From Paraphysomonas bandaiensis (taxonomy: Eukaryota > Protista > Chrysophyceae): 64,000 nt of DNA. The stretch is taken from positions 1 through 64,000 of the forward strand of contig CBFFRP010000355.1 of NCBI GenBank assembly GCA_965644295.1, in the 5' to 3' direction. Below, piece by piece: positions 10,929-23,292 of this stretch. The notes beneath the pieces were generated by a model that did not search any database, had not been told where the DNA came from, and worked only from the letters and a program-made list of their open reading frames with translations. The translations under genes and the position numbers were made by a program. The first letter of the stretch is position 1. Every line of letters starts with the position of its first letter.

Positions 10929-13269
10929 AAACGATCTCCCTTAGACGACTTTGTTCCTTGCCGTGTCACTCCTTTGGGTCCTATGCCAGTCTTCCTGCTA
11001 TGATATCTCCACACCCATGTCTCATCCATGTATGCAATGCAGGCACTCCCTTGTTTTTCCTTTTTAATTGCATCTGTAGAGACGCTAATGTTAATACACA
11101 CCATAACAAGTAATAAATGTTACGGTATCACAGCACATACATCATCATCGGTTTTTGTATATAAAATAACTTAATTTCTTCAACAATAACGTACCACTAT
11201 ACAACAGCATAAATCGTCGGATTTGCAGTGTTATTTTTACTGAAGTAGTGTTATACGGAATGACACCATTAACATAATCAAAGTCAAAGCACATTCGTTT
11301 TCGTAAAGCGGTGTATGACACTTTGATGTCAAATTGGTTCTCGAGATACCGATGCAGGTCCGCATATGTATGCCTTACACCATCCCGCAATTCATTCATA
11401 ATGTAGTCATGACATGAAATAAGCATCTCTTTCTGAATTTTCATGTGCTCATAAACATAGGCCTTGCTGCCTGTACCTCGAGTTGGTGCTATACTGCACG
11501 GGGTACAGTATACTTCTTGACCATTTGTGTCATACTCCTGAATGATATGTCTAACAGTCGTGTCGCTCATCTGTAATGCGTCAGCAGTAAATTTAATGGC
11601 TGCGGTGTGATTGCTTGCTCTCTTCTTCATAATAACATTAGAATAGATGCGTAAGACATTAACAACATCATCGAATGATGCCAATTGGCCCTGAGGTCGA
11701 CATAGCTCCTCCCGAATGGCAACAGCCCTGTCTCTGAAGTCACACTGAACTTCTGCTTTTTCCTCCACCACCTCAGGGTCTTCTTGGACTAATTCTTCCT
11801 CTATCCCCACTGGACGTCGCCTTGCACGTAATTCTCTTTTCTCTCTATTTTTCCTGCCCTTTTGACCGTGCATTGTATCCACTGCAGACCTCTTTCCACG
11901 GGATGATTTTCTGACAGATTTTGATCTTTTGTTAATCGCCATGTTTGAAACAAGCAGGCCCTTAAATAAAAATACCCAACGTGAGATTGTCACCAGTGAT
12001 GTTGCGATACTTACCACGAAATAAGGAGTTCGTTTGAGGTGAAATGCAAAATATATATTTTGCACGCCACCGGACCTCGAAAATTTTGGGACCACTGTGT
12101 TGGCATCATTCTAATATTGGACATAGAGTATGAATGAGATATCTTAAGCATGCAAATGGAAGCCTGTGACCTGAGTGACAGTGTCAAGTCGGTTTGGAAG
12201 GGTGTGCAGTCGTGGTGAAATTGAGAGATTTCCTGAAATATTATCAAACTCAATAACTGAAAAAAATGTAACTGTCGACCGTTTTTTGAGCAGTTAGTTA
12301 TGGGTGAACGAACTGTAGATAGATTTATTAATATCGTTTACACAAAGTTGTGATAACCAACACTAACTCATTATAATCCCTGCATAATATCCTACATATG
12401 CGAACCTCTCGTTACTGAACATATCTTGAACGATCAAACTATTTCAGTTTCTCAATATCATCACAGCATTTGTACATCACTATATTTCACTGTATTCTCG
12501 TACATTGTCTTGAAGTGACATACTGAATATACTAGAATAAGATCCATATTCTAATAAATACGACTTCCTAACACAACAAACCCAGCTTAAGAAAATACGA
12601 CAGCTAAAAGGCCTCCATGTAGTTCCATATCGCCATAACCAAATTAGTGAAAGCCGCATGGAATCCAAACACGCCCCAGGTTGTTAAGAGATACTGGACC
12701 GGTCAACTCACCGCACAAGCAGTCCTGAGACGGTTGAATAATTTAGTAAAAATCGAATTCCATATAGCTCATTAAGCCCATATATTAGCTACACTACTTA
12801 CGAATACTAGACACAACCGTTCTCATGTAATAATCAGATATTCTATATACAGGTATATAATATCACATTCTGCTTGCTCGCTGCGCATGCTTTGAGTGAT
12901 TTATGCCGAATATGAGTTCACGTTACTGGGATAATGGATAATGTGCCATACTTTCTTCATGATGCATGGCAATATAATTAGTCCTGTTTTTTCTAACCAC
13001 ACGTCTACTGCCTTGTCTTGGTTTCTCCAATCCCAGGGCATTGAGAATATAATAAAAGACTCTGGCACTGTTCTCCAAGAATAGTGTCAGCTTATATTTT
13101 ATGTTATTTCTTATATCTTAATATACTACCAGAGACGTTATTCCCGAAACATTCCGTGATGGTCACAAGATAAAAATGTACGAATGGCGTAAAGCATCTG
13201 AAGAGTTGGGACAATAGTGAGTCTCTAGCTGGATTGTCGAAATCATACGTCCACCAGTTTGTCCTTTTT

Positions 13270-13670
13270 AGTAGTGAATGTCTGATTATTAGCAATAGGC
13301 GTGTAAGAGTCAGAACTAATGCTTAACTTGATAATATCCAACTAATTAACGCTACGAAAGTTGCTCGCAAGCACCAAGGTACAACCACTTTTGCTCTCTG
13401 TTCTTAAGGTGAACAACCCGGATGCTTGACTTCAGCAGGCAGTCCAATAACCCCGATGCCCTTGAGCCTTGAGGTGGTCCCATTTCCGGATGCCTACTTA
13501 TTCGTCAAGGCCAAAGACGTCACACAAGTGACACTTATATTAATAATGTCCCTTGTACCAGACAAGCATTCGGCTATGAGTAGGCAGGGAATTATCTGCT
13601 GTCTATGCATGCTGCTCACGTTAGTTTCCCGGAGAAATCTCTCAAATACTTATCCCCCAATTCACTACGA
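13270..13670 (-). repeat. Dispersed repeat family R copy including the 3' terminus
   Basis: Starts agtagtgaatgtctgattattagcaatagg, the reverse complement of the family 3' end; colinear with 1001-1455. Confidence 0.8.
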
Positions 13671-14465
13671 CAAGGTTCCGTTGAATGACCTCATGTTACT
13701 GATGTCCTGCTGCAACTCTGCAGTCCACTTCAATGATGCTGTTTTCGCGATTATATCAACTTTATGCCATGAAAATCTCCTTCTTTATTGGTCTAAAAAT
13801 AGGGAGATTTATGCGCCCCTGAAAGCCAATGCAGACTTTGAGGTCATTCAGTGGAGAAGCGAAGGAAGATAAGCGCTACCACGCTACCACTCATAGCATA
13901 TGAAGATCTAGAGATGTCCTGCAGATCATAGAGTGAGTTATATTGACAGCTGCATTGACCCCTCTTCCCCATAACACTCATCGCTATATAGATAGGGTGG
14001 ATAGACATCCACATACACTGTGTTAAGTGGATAGTAGATATGGAATATATGAAGTAATTGTTAGGTTTGAATGTTTGTTTTGATGCTCTGTAAGCCATTA
14101 ATATATTGTGTAGTGTGAGCTGGTATCTTGAACAGTCACAGTGTGTAATAAATGGATATAAGAGCAACTAGGTTTAATACCAGTATTGACTTGGTTGAGT
14201 CTTTCATTACTTTGACTAGGTTGAATAATATTTCCCTTCAACAAGATTTCGGACTTTCTCAATACATTTGTACACAAACGATTCGAGTAGGCAAGCTAAG
14301 CGAGATTCATATCTTGTCGCCAGCTAACCAGGTAAATGAATACACACAACTGAAAACACGTTTTAATCAACAATATTTCACCACCCAGACGTCAATGTAA
14401 ACGTCAATACTCACGCATTTTGTGATACATATATCTTACCTACAGGCAAAATTCCCTCCAAAGCA

Positions 14466-15218
14466 CTACGTTGGTTGAATCTTGTGATCGGTAGTTTTAA
14501 CATGCGGCGACATGAAAGCAACCCTGATAGATATATCACGCCTGTCTTTAATTACAGTCGTGATCCTCCGACCAGGTTGAATCGCTTCCCAAGGAGCTTT
14601 AGTGCAATCTTTGAGGTAGGCATGTGTTGCATCAATGTCTCGACAGGAGAATGTTAACCCAATAATACTGCTAGGTTGATCTATATTATTCGACTCTGCT
14701 TCCTCAGGAGCTAGCACTTCAATGATCGTTCTGCTCGGGCGGTAGAACATGTACACCATATTCTTCTCTTTGTTTATAACCTTCCTCCTGCATTGTATTC
14801 CTAGTTTAGCGAATTCTAGTTCTGTATTTCTCCAATTATTAGACTTGATTACAATATGATCAACTTCATAGGCCCCGTTATTGTGCGAACTCATTTGAGT
14901 ATTGTATATGTTATGATGCGGTTTTACAATAGGAATACCATCCACACTAGGTATGGAGGGATCGATATTAGCGAAATTCCAACCCCCCACACCCCTTGTC
15001 TTATCTTCAGGAGACTGTAGATGGATAGTGAGTTCATTGAGAAGAATAGAGTGGTGGGAGGGGATTGTGAAGCCGATTTGAGTCCATGTAGATGGGTGGT
15101 CATATATACATAAATAAGAGGGGTAGACTTGTTTAAGGGGGGGGGAATAGTTGCGATGTTGCAAAAAAGGAAGATAAAGGGGACGCGGTTTTAGCAGTAT
15201 TGGCAGAGAACGGGGCAT
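14466..15218 (-). CDS. VOC/glyoxalase-like domain protein
   Basis: Intronless 250 aa; VDHIVI, IIEVLAP, GLTFSCRDID and AIQPGRRITTV fit a glyoxalase-like fold. Confidence 0.68.
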   Translation of the reverse strand: MPRSLPILLKPRPLYLPFLQHRNYSPPLKQVYPSYLCIYDHPSTWTQIGFTIPSHHSILLNELTIHLQSPEDKTRGVGGWNFANIDPSIPSVDGIPIVKPHHNIYNTQMSSHNNGAYEVDHIVIKSNNWRNTELEFAKLGIQCRRKVINKEKNMVYMFYRPSRTIIEVLAPEEAESNNIDQPSSIIGLTFSCRDIDATHAYLKDCTKAPWEAIQPGRRITTVIKDRRDISIRVAFMSPHVKTTDHKIQPT

Positions 15219-15266
15219 AGTGGGGGTGACGTACAGCGGATATTAATAATATTAAAATGAACGACA

Positions 15267-15846
15267 ACATACATACATACATACATACATACATACATAC
15301 ATACATACATACATACATACATACATACATACATACATACATACATACATACATACATACATACATACATACATACATACATACATACATACATACATAC
15401 ATACATACATACATACATACATACATACATACATACATACATACATACATACATACATACATACAGTACACATACATACATACCTACCTACCTACCTACC
15501 TACCTACCTACATACATACATACATACATACAGATATACATTACATACAGATATACATACATACTGTACATACATACATACATACATACATACATACATA
15601 CATACATACATACATACATACATACATACATACATACATACATACATACATACATACATACATACATACATACATACATACATACATACATACATACATA
15701 CATACATACATACATACATACATACATACATACATACATACATACATACATACATACATACATACATACATACATACATACATACATACATACAGACAGA
15801 CAGACAGACAGACATACATACATACATACATACACATACATACACA
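15267..15846. repeat. (CATA)n microsatellite with (CCTA)n and (CAGA)n patches
   Basis: Directly visible; source of the MYVC/HTYI pseudo-ORFs. Confidence 0.98.
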
Positions 15847-16040
15847 TACTATACTGTACATACGTAGATACAGATATATGGCAGATTTACGTGTCTAAAA
15901 AAGAATTCAAGAGGTATGAGTTGTTCTTGTCCTCGGAAGAGCTCCTGTTACAGTCACATATTTATTATCGGCTAATCTTTACCTGAGCATCTTGTATATT
16001 TTATTTGCATATTGAATAGAGTAGTTTGTTGTTAAACGAC

Positions 16041-19000
16041 ATGAATGTATTTGACAGTAAAGATATTTCCAAGAAAAAGAGCGAGAGTCGCAGGAGGGAG
16101 CTGTTCTCCCGATTGGAAGACGAAGAGCGAGTGGCGCTATATGTTTCATCTGTTAGCTCGTTTCCAGTGGACAACCATGATATTGATTGGGACGACTCTT
16201 CCGCGGATATGTCTTGGAGTAAAGCTGCTGTGGTGGCCTTGAAAAATGAAATAGCTGTCGGTGACGGATACTTTCAGGCGTACCGACATTTATATCCACG
16301 TTCATATTCAGATGAGAGTTCTAATAGGGATATTACTACTGTATTTTTTGATCTCCTTAAGAGCAACGATCTTGCTCATATTGGCACCTTAATGCGACTC
16401 TCTGTGGCACTCATTTTAAATGGCTTGTATGATGCCAGGGGTCGTGTGCTCCTTCGTAATATTCGTACGTCGTTAGGCCTTCCAACAACTGATATGATCA
16501 GCTTGGAAGCTTCCTTGTCTCGTGCGCTTCATGCCATTGAGGATAACATAACACGCCTGGCGAAGAAAGACAAATCTAAATATGTGCGATATGCGAAGAT
16601 AGGGGCAGTTAGCCTGGGTGCAGGGGCACTACTAGCAGTTACAGGTGTAGTTCAATTGTGTATTTTTGCATGGTCTCTACCTCATGTAGGTGGCTTTTAA
16701 AGTGCTCAATGCTGATATATCATGCCGTGTCGTAATGAATAAACTATTTCAGGTGGTTTGGCTGCACCTGCTGTGGCTGCTGCTTTTCTTGTCTTTGGGA
16801 GCTCTGCTGCAGTTGCCACTGCTGGTTTGACTTCAGTCACAGTCATGGCGTCCCTCTTCGGAACTGCTGGTGTTGGCCTCACGGGTTATAAAATGGTAAG
16901 TCTTCGATTTTAGTGGGCATTGTAAGCGTTAGATTTTGCTCTCTGTACGGAGAATTGCATTGGTTTATTTTGTATTATTTTGCTTGGGATTAGTAAATAT
17001 TGTTCACATGTGTCGATACCCCGATTTGTTTGTTTTCAATGTTATTTTGCTGTGTTTATGAGCAGGCCAGACGTACTAAAGGTGTGGAAGAATTTGCGTT
17101 TGAGCAGTACGGAGAAAAGGTATTTGCACCTGCAACAGTGAGGACCGCCTCGAATTGCATTTTCATATCACTGTATTCCTATGTATTAAAACTATTAATT
17201 GTTTATCAGTTATTAGTCTCAAGTTCACGTGTATTAATCCACAGGGAAAGCTTGCAGTAGTGATCATGGTGTCGGGGTGGATGTTAGATAAAGAAGACTA
17301 TAAGAAGACATTCGGAGTTGTACCTGATGAACTAACAGCTGAAGATCGTCTGAAGAGATTCTACGAGATCCATTGTCCAATGAGGTTGCAGTATTTATTA
17401 TATTAAGTGTCACGCTGTTCAATACGTGCATAATATGTAGACTTTGTAAGGCCAAAGAAGAGGCACGGACTTGGAGTGACGATTTGGACGTACTCTATGA
17501 CAATGTGAGGGCTATATGTGCTACTTTTGATTAAGTGTGGTGGAGATGATGCCTGTAGGAGGAATTTTGTAGCATTAGTGCTGTAATCGTGATTATGACA
17601 CAATTGAAATAATGTGAATAATTTGGCCTCCATTTGAACAGATGACGGAGTTGTATGGCTTGGATCCGCGACGGTCGACGAGCCTTCAATCTATTCACCC
17701 CTACTCTCCCTCTTCTTTGAACCCTTCGGTCGAGTATGAATTGCGGGATGCCCTGGCAAGCACCCTGTCTGCTGCTGAAGAAGAGGCAAAATCTCCTACA
17801 CAAGATCGCACCCATTCCAGCACTGGAGTACCAGTGGATAATATACAGGGGGACAAGAGTTGGAAATTGTCGAAAATATTTGGTGGTAAAAGCGAAAGCG
17901 CGAATAAACCTCAAAGTGTTCAAAGTAATGAAAGTTTATCTGCGTCAAAAAAAATTGATGATGCGCTTCAAAGTATGCGAAGTGGAAGTTTAAAATCTGA
18001 TCGAAGTATGGCCAATGAACACGACGGTCTGATGTGTACTGTGCCTATATAGCTGGTAACTTATTATTATAGCGCTGGTTTGCTGTGATGAGAAGATAGG
18101 TGGTGCTGACACGGAGGGAGGAGTAAGTCATGACGCTGACACACACACCGAAGATGACACAGAAAACGTTCTACAATCACAACATTGGTGAGTTCCCTGA
18201 ATGTATCAACATTGAAGCATATCGTTGTCATTTAATTTTGCTACGAGTGTATGTGAAATACAGCGCTACAGCTCATGCGCCACCTTAACGAATATCCTAT
18301 TTGAATACACAGAATGAATTAAATTGTATGACGCAGGGACTGGAATGAGTTGCCCATCTCAGCTGTATATGAATTAAACTTGCTGCGTTGGGAGACCGAT
18401 TTACAGTTGGAATTAGGCAAAAGTATAATGGGTTTGCTGAAGTCACTTCGGGATATGGCAGTACAGGTATTCAGTATTACGAATTATGTGTGTCTTTCTC
18501 ATTCTGCTATCTATGTTGTGAATTAATTTTCAGAAAGTTTTGGAAACAACCGTTTTAGCGGCTCTAGTTAGTGCGGTCATTATTCCTTACACAATTGTAC
18601 GTAGAATTCAATATTGACAAGTGCTGAGTGTGATATATTTTTGTAATTGTATTTATGGATGAGTTTTAGCTAAAACTGACAGATATGATTGATAACACCT
18701 GGACATTAGCCACTGAACGGGCGGACCAAGCTGGTATCGAATTAGCACATGTATGTGGTGCCTTGTATACAGATTTGTAGAGTTTTCTCTCTGACGTCTG
18801 ATATTTTCGATCTATGGTGTCAAATGTAATGCTCTTTCGTGGTTTACAGGCCCTTCTGAGCCGCCCGCAAGGCAGTCGATCAGTTACTCTAGTGGGCCAT
18901 TCCATGGGGGCCAGATTAATTTTCAGTTGCCTGCAGGTACAGTTTTATATGCTATAATGTAGTGTGTTGTTCTATGATTACACTGGAGTAAGACGGCCAT

Positions 19001-20117
19001 GATCATATATACTGTAGGAACTGGCAAGGTGTAAATCGAAGAGTGAGGAACCAATAGAAGATCCACCTGGTACAAATGAGCGAGGGGTGTTGGCGTCTGG
19101 ACTTTCTTCTGTGATGCGCTCAGTACGAGGAAAACAAGAAGGCGAATCTGACACCCACAATGGCCCACCAGGAACCAGTATACCACAAGACCACCACCCT
19201 CATTCGTGTTCTTCAGACCACACAATTTTAAGCGATTTCAAGAATGAAGATGATGCTGTGGCTTCTGTTCCCAATGGTCCACGTAACATATTTGTGTCAA
19301 AGGTGTCTTCACATGATGCTGAGCAGTGGGATAATGAGGCAGAAATGCGAGCGACGTATGCTTTTGCTGATAATATCGTGCAAGATGTGGTCATGCTGGG
19401 TACCCCAGTGGGTGTTGACGTAAGTAGTTGCGTCTTTGTACACATGCGCAAGTGTTTTCCAGCGTGTATATTTTCATTAGGAGATGTTGTCCTTTTATCC
19501 TCACGTATATATAGACTGAAGCTTGGGAGCGTGCGAGATCGGTCGTGAGTGGAAGATTAATAAATGGATATTCTGCGAATGACAACGTGCTTGCATTGAT
19601 CTACAGGTGGACAGCGTGTTGCATGCTGTAGACTAATACAGTTACAATATATTCCTCACACTATCTACACATTCTTTGTCATATTTTTTATTCAATTGCT
19701 GAATACTAATTCGTGGATGCGCAATGCTAGATATGAAAAGTGGGCAGTGAAAGTAGCGGGGTTACGCAAGAGTACGTAGTTTCTTTTGTGTGTGTTCGGT
19801 GTTACTCATGTTGTTTGACAACCTCTTTCGGCAGTAAACGTTCAAGGAGTTGAAAACATGGATTTTAGTGCTCTTGTAAAAAAGGTATTATTAAATATAT
19901 GTGTTGTGTAGCAGTTGTTGGTACCATTGGTGACATGATTGTATTATATGGACAGCACACAGATTATTGTCTTTACATGAAAGAAATCCTGACTGCCATA
20001 GATCTCACTGAGACAATGCACGCTGACTTGTACGCGGACCTTTCGAGCCCTGATTTCGATGCCATTGCCGAATCTCATGAGGGTATTATCGATTCGAAGT
20101 TAGAAGAGGAGTCGTAA
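16041..20117 (+). CDS. DUF726 / TMCO4-like alpha/beta-hydrolase-fold membrane protein, multi-exon; start uncertain
   Basis: GAGALLAVT|GGLAAP, LFGTAGVGLTGYKM|ARRTKGVEEFAF, SVTLVGHSMGARLIFSCL, QDVVMLGTPV, VSGRLINGYSANDNVL. Confidence 0.88.
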
Positions 20118-20810
20118 ATCCGTTTTGGTGCGGCGGATCCTCAGAATAAGCTGAGGATGGTATCAACTTAAATTTTCTAGAGGATGGTATACTTTACAGC
20201 CGATATGTGGATAAAACAGGCCTTATATTTAAGAAATAAGCATTTTTAGATGCTGTCATTGCATACATATTTGCATATTGTAAAGACGACAAACCATTTC
20301 GAAAGAATAGTGTATAGCTATGTGTAGCAAAAAATGGATGATTTATGAAGCAATTATGGTACAGGGATAAGGATGAAGTAATTGTGGTACAACTTGAATG
20401 GTAGATGTCGCATGTTACAATCCATTCTTCCTTCCTCATGTTGCATCTCGGTAGTACGAGTATAAACGCCACTATTCATCCTCAATTAGTTAGCTATTTC
20501 TCGTCCTCTGAGTGGTAGCTACGTCACTACCCATCATGCTCTCTATAATGCAGTAACAAGTTTCTCCACCCAGGTCTCATCTCTACCTAATACTTTCTTC
20601 GCTCTGCCCACTCATAGCCGAATGCTTGTCTGGTACAAGGGACATTATTAATACTGTATAAGTGTCACGTGTCACTTGTGTAGACGCCTTTGGGCCTTGA
20701 CGAATGAACAGGCATCCGGAAATGGGCCCACCTCAAGGCTCAAGGGCATCGGGGTTATTGCACTGTCTGATGAAGTCAAGCATCCGGGTTCATCGGTGGA
20801 CCTCAGCAAA

Positions 20811-21525
20811 AGTACCTATAGGTAGGTACCTATAGGAGACCTATAGGTACTTTATTAATTAAATCTCCTAGTACCTATTAGGAACTTGTCTAGTACCTAT
20901 AGGTACATTTTAGCTCAATAGGTAGTACCTATACCAGCTTCAGATAGGACCACCTATAGGTGGCAAGACCAGCTATAGGTGGGTCCTATTTCTTGGTACC
21001 TAATAATTGCATTAGGAACCCCTATTAGGCACTACCTTTTTGACCTATAGGTACTAAGCAAGTTCCTAATAATGACCTATAGGTACAAACAAGTACCTAA
21101 TACGGACCTATAGGTACGACCTATACGTGTCCTATAGGTACTTAATAATTTCCTAATAGGTACTTATCGGTACCTATAGGTACTACCTAGTATTGACATT
21201 GCTACCTATAGGTAGTAGTACCTATAGGTAGCAAGATCAGCTATAGGTGGGTCCTATTTCTTGGTACCTAACAATCGAATTAGGAACCCCTATTAGGTAT
21301 TAATTTTGACCTATAGGTACTACCTAGATAGCTAACATATACCTATAGGTGTAGTACCTATAGGTGGCAAGACTAGCTATAGGTGGATCCTATTTATTGG
21401 TACCTAATAATCGTATTAGAAACCCCTATTAGGCACTACCTTTTTGACCTATAGGTACTACCTAGTTAGGTAACACACACCTATAGTTGTAGAACCTACT
21501 AAATACCCTGCCACCTATAGGTACG
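20811..21525. repeat. Left subterminal array of (GTA)CCTATAGG(TAC) palindromes
   Basis: Dozens of ACCTATAGGT copies and variants, with longer internal duplications. Confidence 0.93.
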
Positions 21526-21745
21526 ATGCAGCCCAGCCTACAAACCACACACTGCTCATAAAACGCTATACAACATTAGTATCGTTTATAGAGAAGAGTA
21601 CTAGACAAATCAAATCAGCATACACACTCGAAAGAACAGAAAACACACACTCGAAAGCGATATATGAATAAAATCGATAATAAAAAATAGCCAGCTTGAA
21701 AACTGACTATGCCTAACATCGGAGGAAATGGTTAATACACATACC

Positions 21746-22969
21746 TTACCAATCTTTCAAAACTACAGACGCCTCATCAGGCTCCTCAATGTACTCTGAA
21801 TTTTCGATCTTTTTCTTCTCTTTCTTCAGTAGTCTCCACGTACTGAAATATCTTGTTCTCTGGGAGTGGAAATAGAGAAATGCGCCTTCTTTTTCTAAGA
21901 AAGCGCGTCGTGATATTTTAATCGCATCAACTCTTGATTTGGCTCTCGATGCCAGATAAGCAGTCCAGGCATCACTACTGGTAGGGGGAGATTCGGACGC
22001 CTGCTGTAGTCGATCGTACAGCATCTCCTGAGCTGTCGACTCTATCATGGCGCTAGTTTCGTTAACAAACGTCATGGGATCACTGCTATCATTATGACTA
22101 TAAGCTCCAATTAAAACACAGACGGCTTCGACAGCAGTCTGCATGAAGGAATCTTCACTGTTCCATTGATGTTCTCGAGGGCAGTTACCTAGTCAAACAA
22201 TGAGTTTATAGAAAACAAATATTTGACTTACCATCTTTCAAGGAATTTCTTAATTCCTCCTCGAATGCACTATCCAACCAGGGGGTCTGGTCGGTATAAA
22301 GAGCATGATAGCATAATCTAATCTTCGTTTTTAAATTATCAGCCACCTTTCGCACATATTTCATTACGTCTCTGTAAACTATGTGAGACATGTAATAATA
22401 ACAGACTCAATCAAATACCTCGATGACGAAATTGCAGCTATGACACCGCTCTGAAGCATTGTTTCATTCGGCACAAATGCTCCTTCTTTACAAGCTAGTT
22501 GAAATGCCTGTTATAATTAAGTCACATACTTATAAATATATTAAATTCACCTTATTATGGGGAGCTTGCATATCAATTCCGTTTTTTGATATTAATGCAA
22601 GTATCAGCCGCATGAGGAGTTCGAAGTGTTCCTCAATGGGAGATATTTCCCCAGTGTCCAGTTTACAATGTAACCGAGCATACATCATCTCCTGATGATA
22701 CGGGAGAAAGCTTGGGGATGAGGCAACCACGGCGCACTCTGCTGCCCCACGACAAGATCTTCCCGGTACAAAACTGTCGACAATAACTTCGTCCTTACGT
22801 TCTTCGTCCGAAGACTGACTTAAGGTTGCAAGGTTTCAATTTCTGACGATGAGTGACATTGCTCAGGTATAGTTATATTGGGCCTGCTGCACAGAGGCTT
22901 CTTCCTGGGAGGTGACTGTGCAGTACAAAATGTGCGATCCATTTTACGGTTTCCACTGCGCTGCGCCAT
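21746..22969 (-). CDS. Second, divergent multi-exon gene of the transposon; function unknown, possibly damaged
   Basis: Colinear minus-strand ORF pieces (22730-22530, 22391-22206, 22144-21746) separated by short AT-rich intron-like gaps; candidate ATG at 22969. Confidence 0.6.
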
Positions 22970-23292
22970 CTGATAACGATAATGATGATAATGATAATAA
23001 TGAATACGATAAATATGATGAAATAATGATGATTACATATATATGTATATGACTGTTTATGGAATTCATCTTTCGGAAAGTGAAGAGACATTCACATACT
23101 CTCACTTCGAAGTTCTCACACTTCGACTTCCGACTTCAGAATCATTCTTCAGTTTGTTTTTTATGGTACTGCTGTATACATGGTATACATAGTATACATA
23201 TAGCAGAGCACATATGTATACAAAACTGTGCAGATCGGAGCAGAGGGATACACAAAGGTGTACACATGTACACATGTACACTGTTGGATACA

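Larger units (their letters stand above)
7491..11942 (-). pseudogene. Disrupted DDE transposase: exon 11942-11195, intron 11194-11074, exon split by the nested element, two frameshifts
   Basis: YMDETWV (D1), KGDRL|IIVDAITSDG, LVLDNAPYH (D2), FTPPYMCNFQPIELYWANIK (E); HTH-like N-terminal half. Confidence 0.88.
7331..12315 (-). mobile_element. IS630-Tc1-mariner DNA transposon, Sailor-like long DDxE
   Basis: 28-bp TIRs CAGTTCGTTCAC(T/C)CATAACTAACTGCTC with 1 mismatch; TA target duplication; DDE transposase inside. Confidence 0.92.
1494..12556 (-). mobile_element. Ty1/copia LTR retrotransposon (family 1), full span, with nested insertions
   Basis: Two ~294-bp LTRs, PBS, PPT, domain order gag-PR-IN-RT-RH; AATA on both flanks (1490-1493, 12557-12560). 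Confidence 0.93.
7276..12556 (-). repeat. 5' LTR of copia family 1, split into 7276-7330 and 12316-12556
   Basis: Intact LTR reads gtaagacTAgatag; here it reads gtaagacTA[4985 bp]TAgatag. Confidence 0.92.

Noticed and set aside
7331-12315. Fanzor/TnpB cargo in the Tc1-like or CMC element
   Set aside because: No RuvC or zinc-ribbon motifs seen in any ORF; the internal space is accounted for.
13426-13872. 148-aa ORF (and similar 651-938)
   Set aside because: Antisense reading of family R; the frame is not conserved across copies.
15133-15898. MYVC/HTYI repeat ORFs (also 52588-53092)
   Set aside because: Translations of (CATA)n, which has no stop codon in any frame; no coding evidence.
20690-20790. 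Hammerhead ribozyme in family R (CTGATGA at ~20767)
   Set aside because: Other copies read CTGCTGA and I could not build the stems; needs a covariance-model scan.
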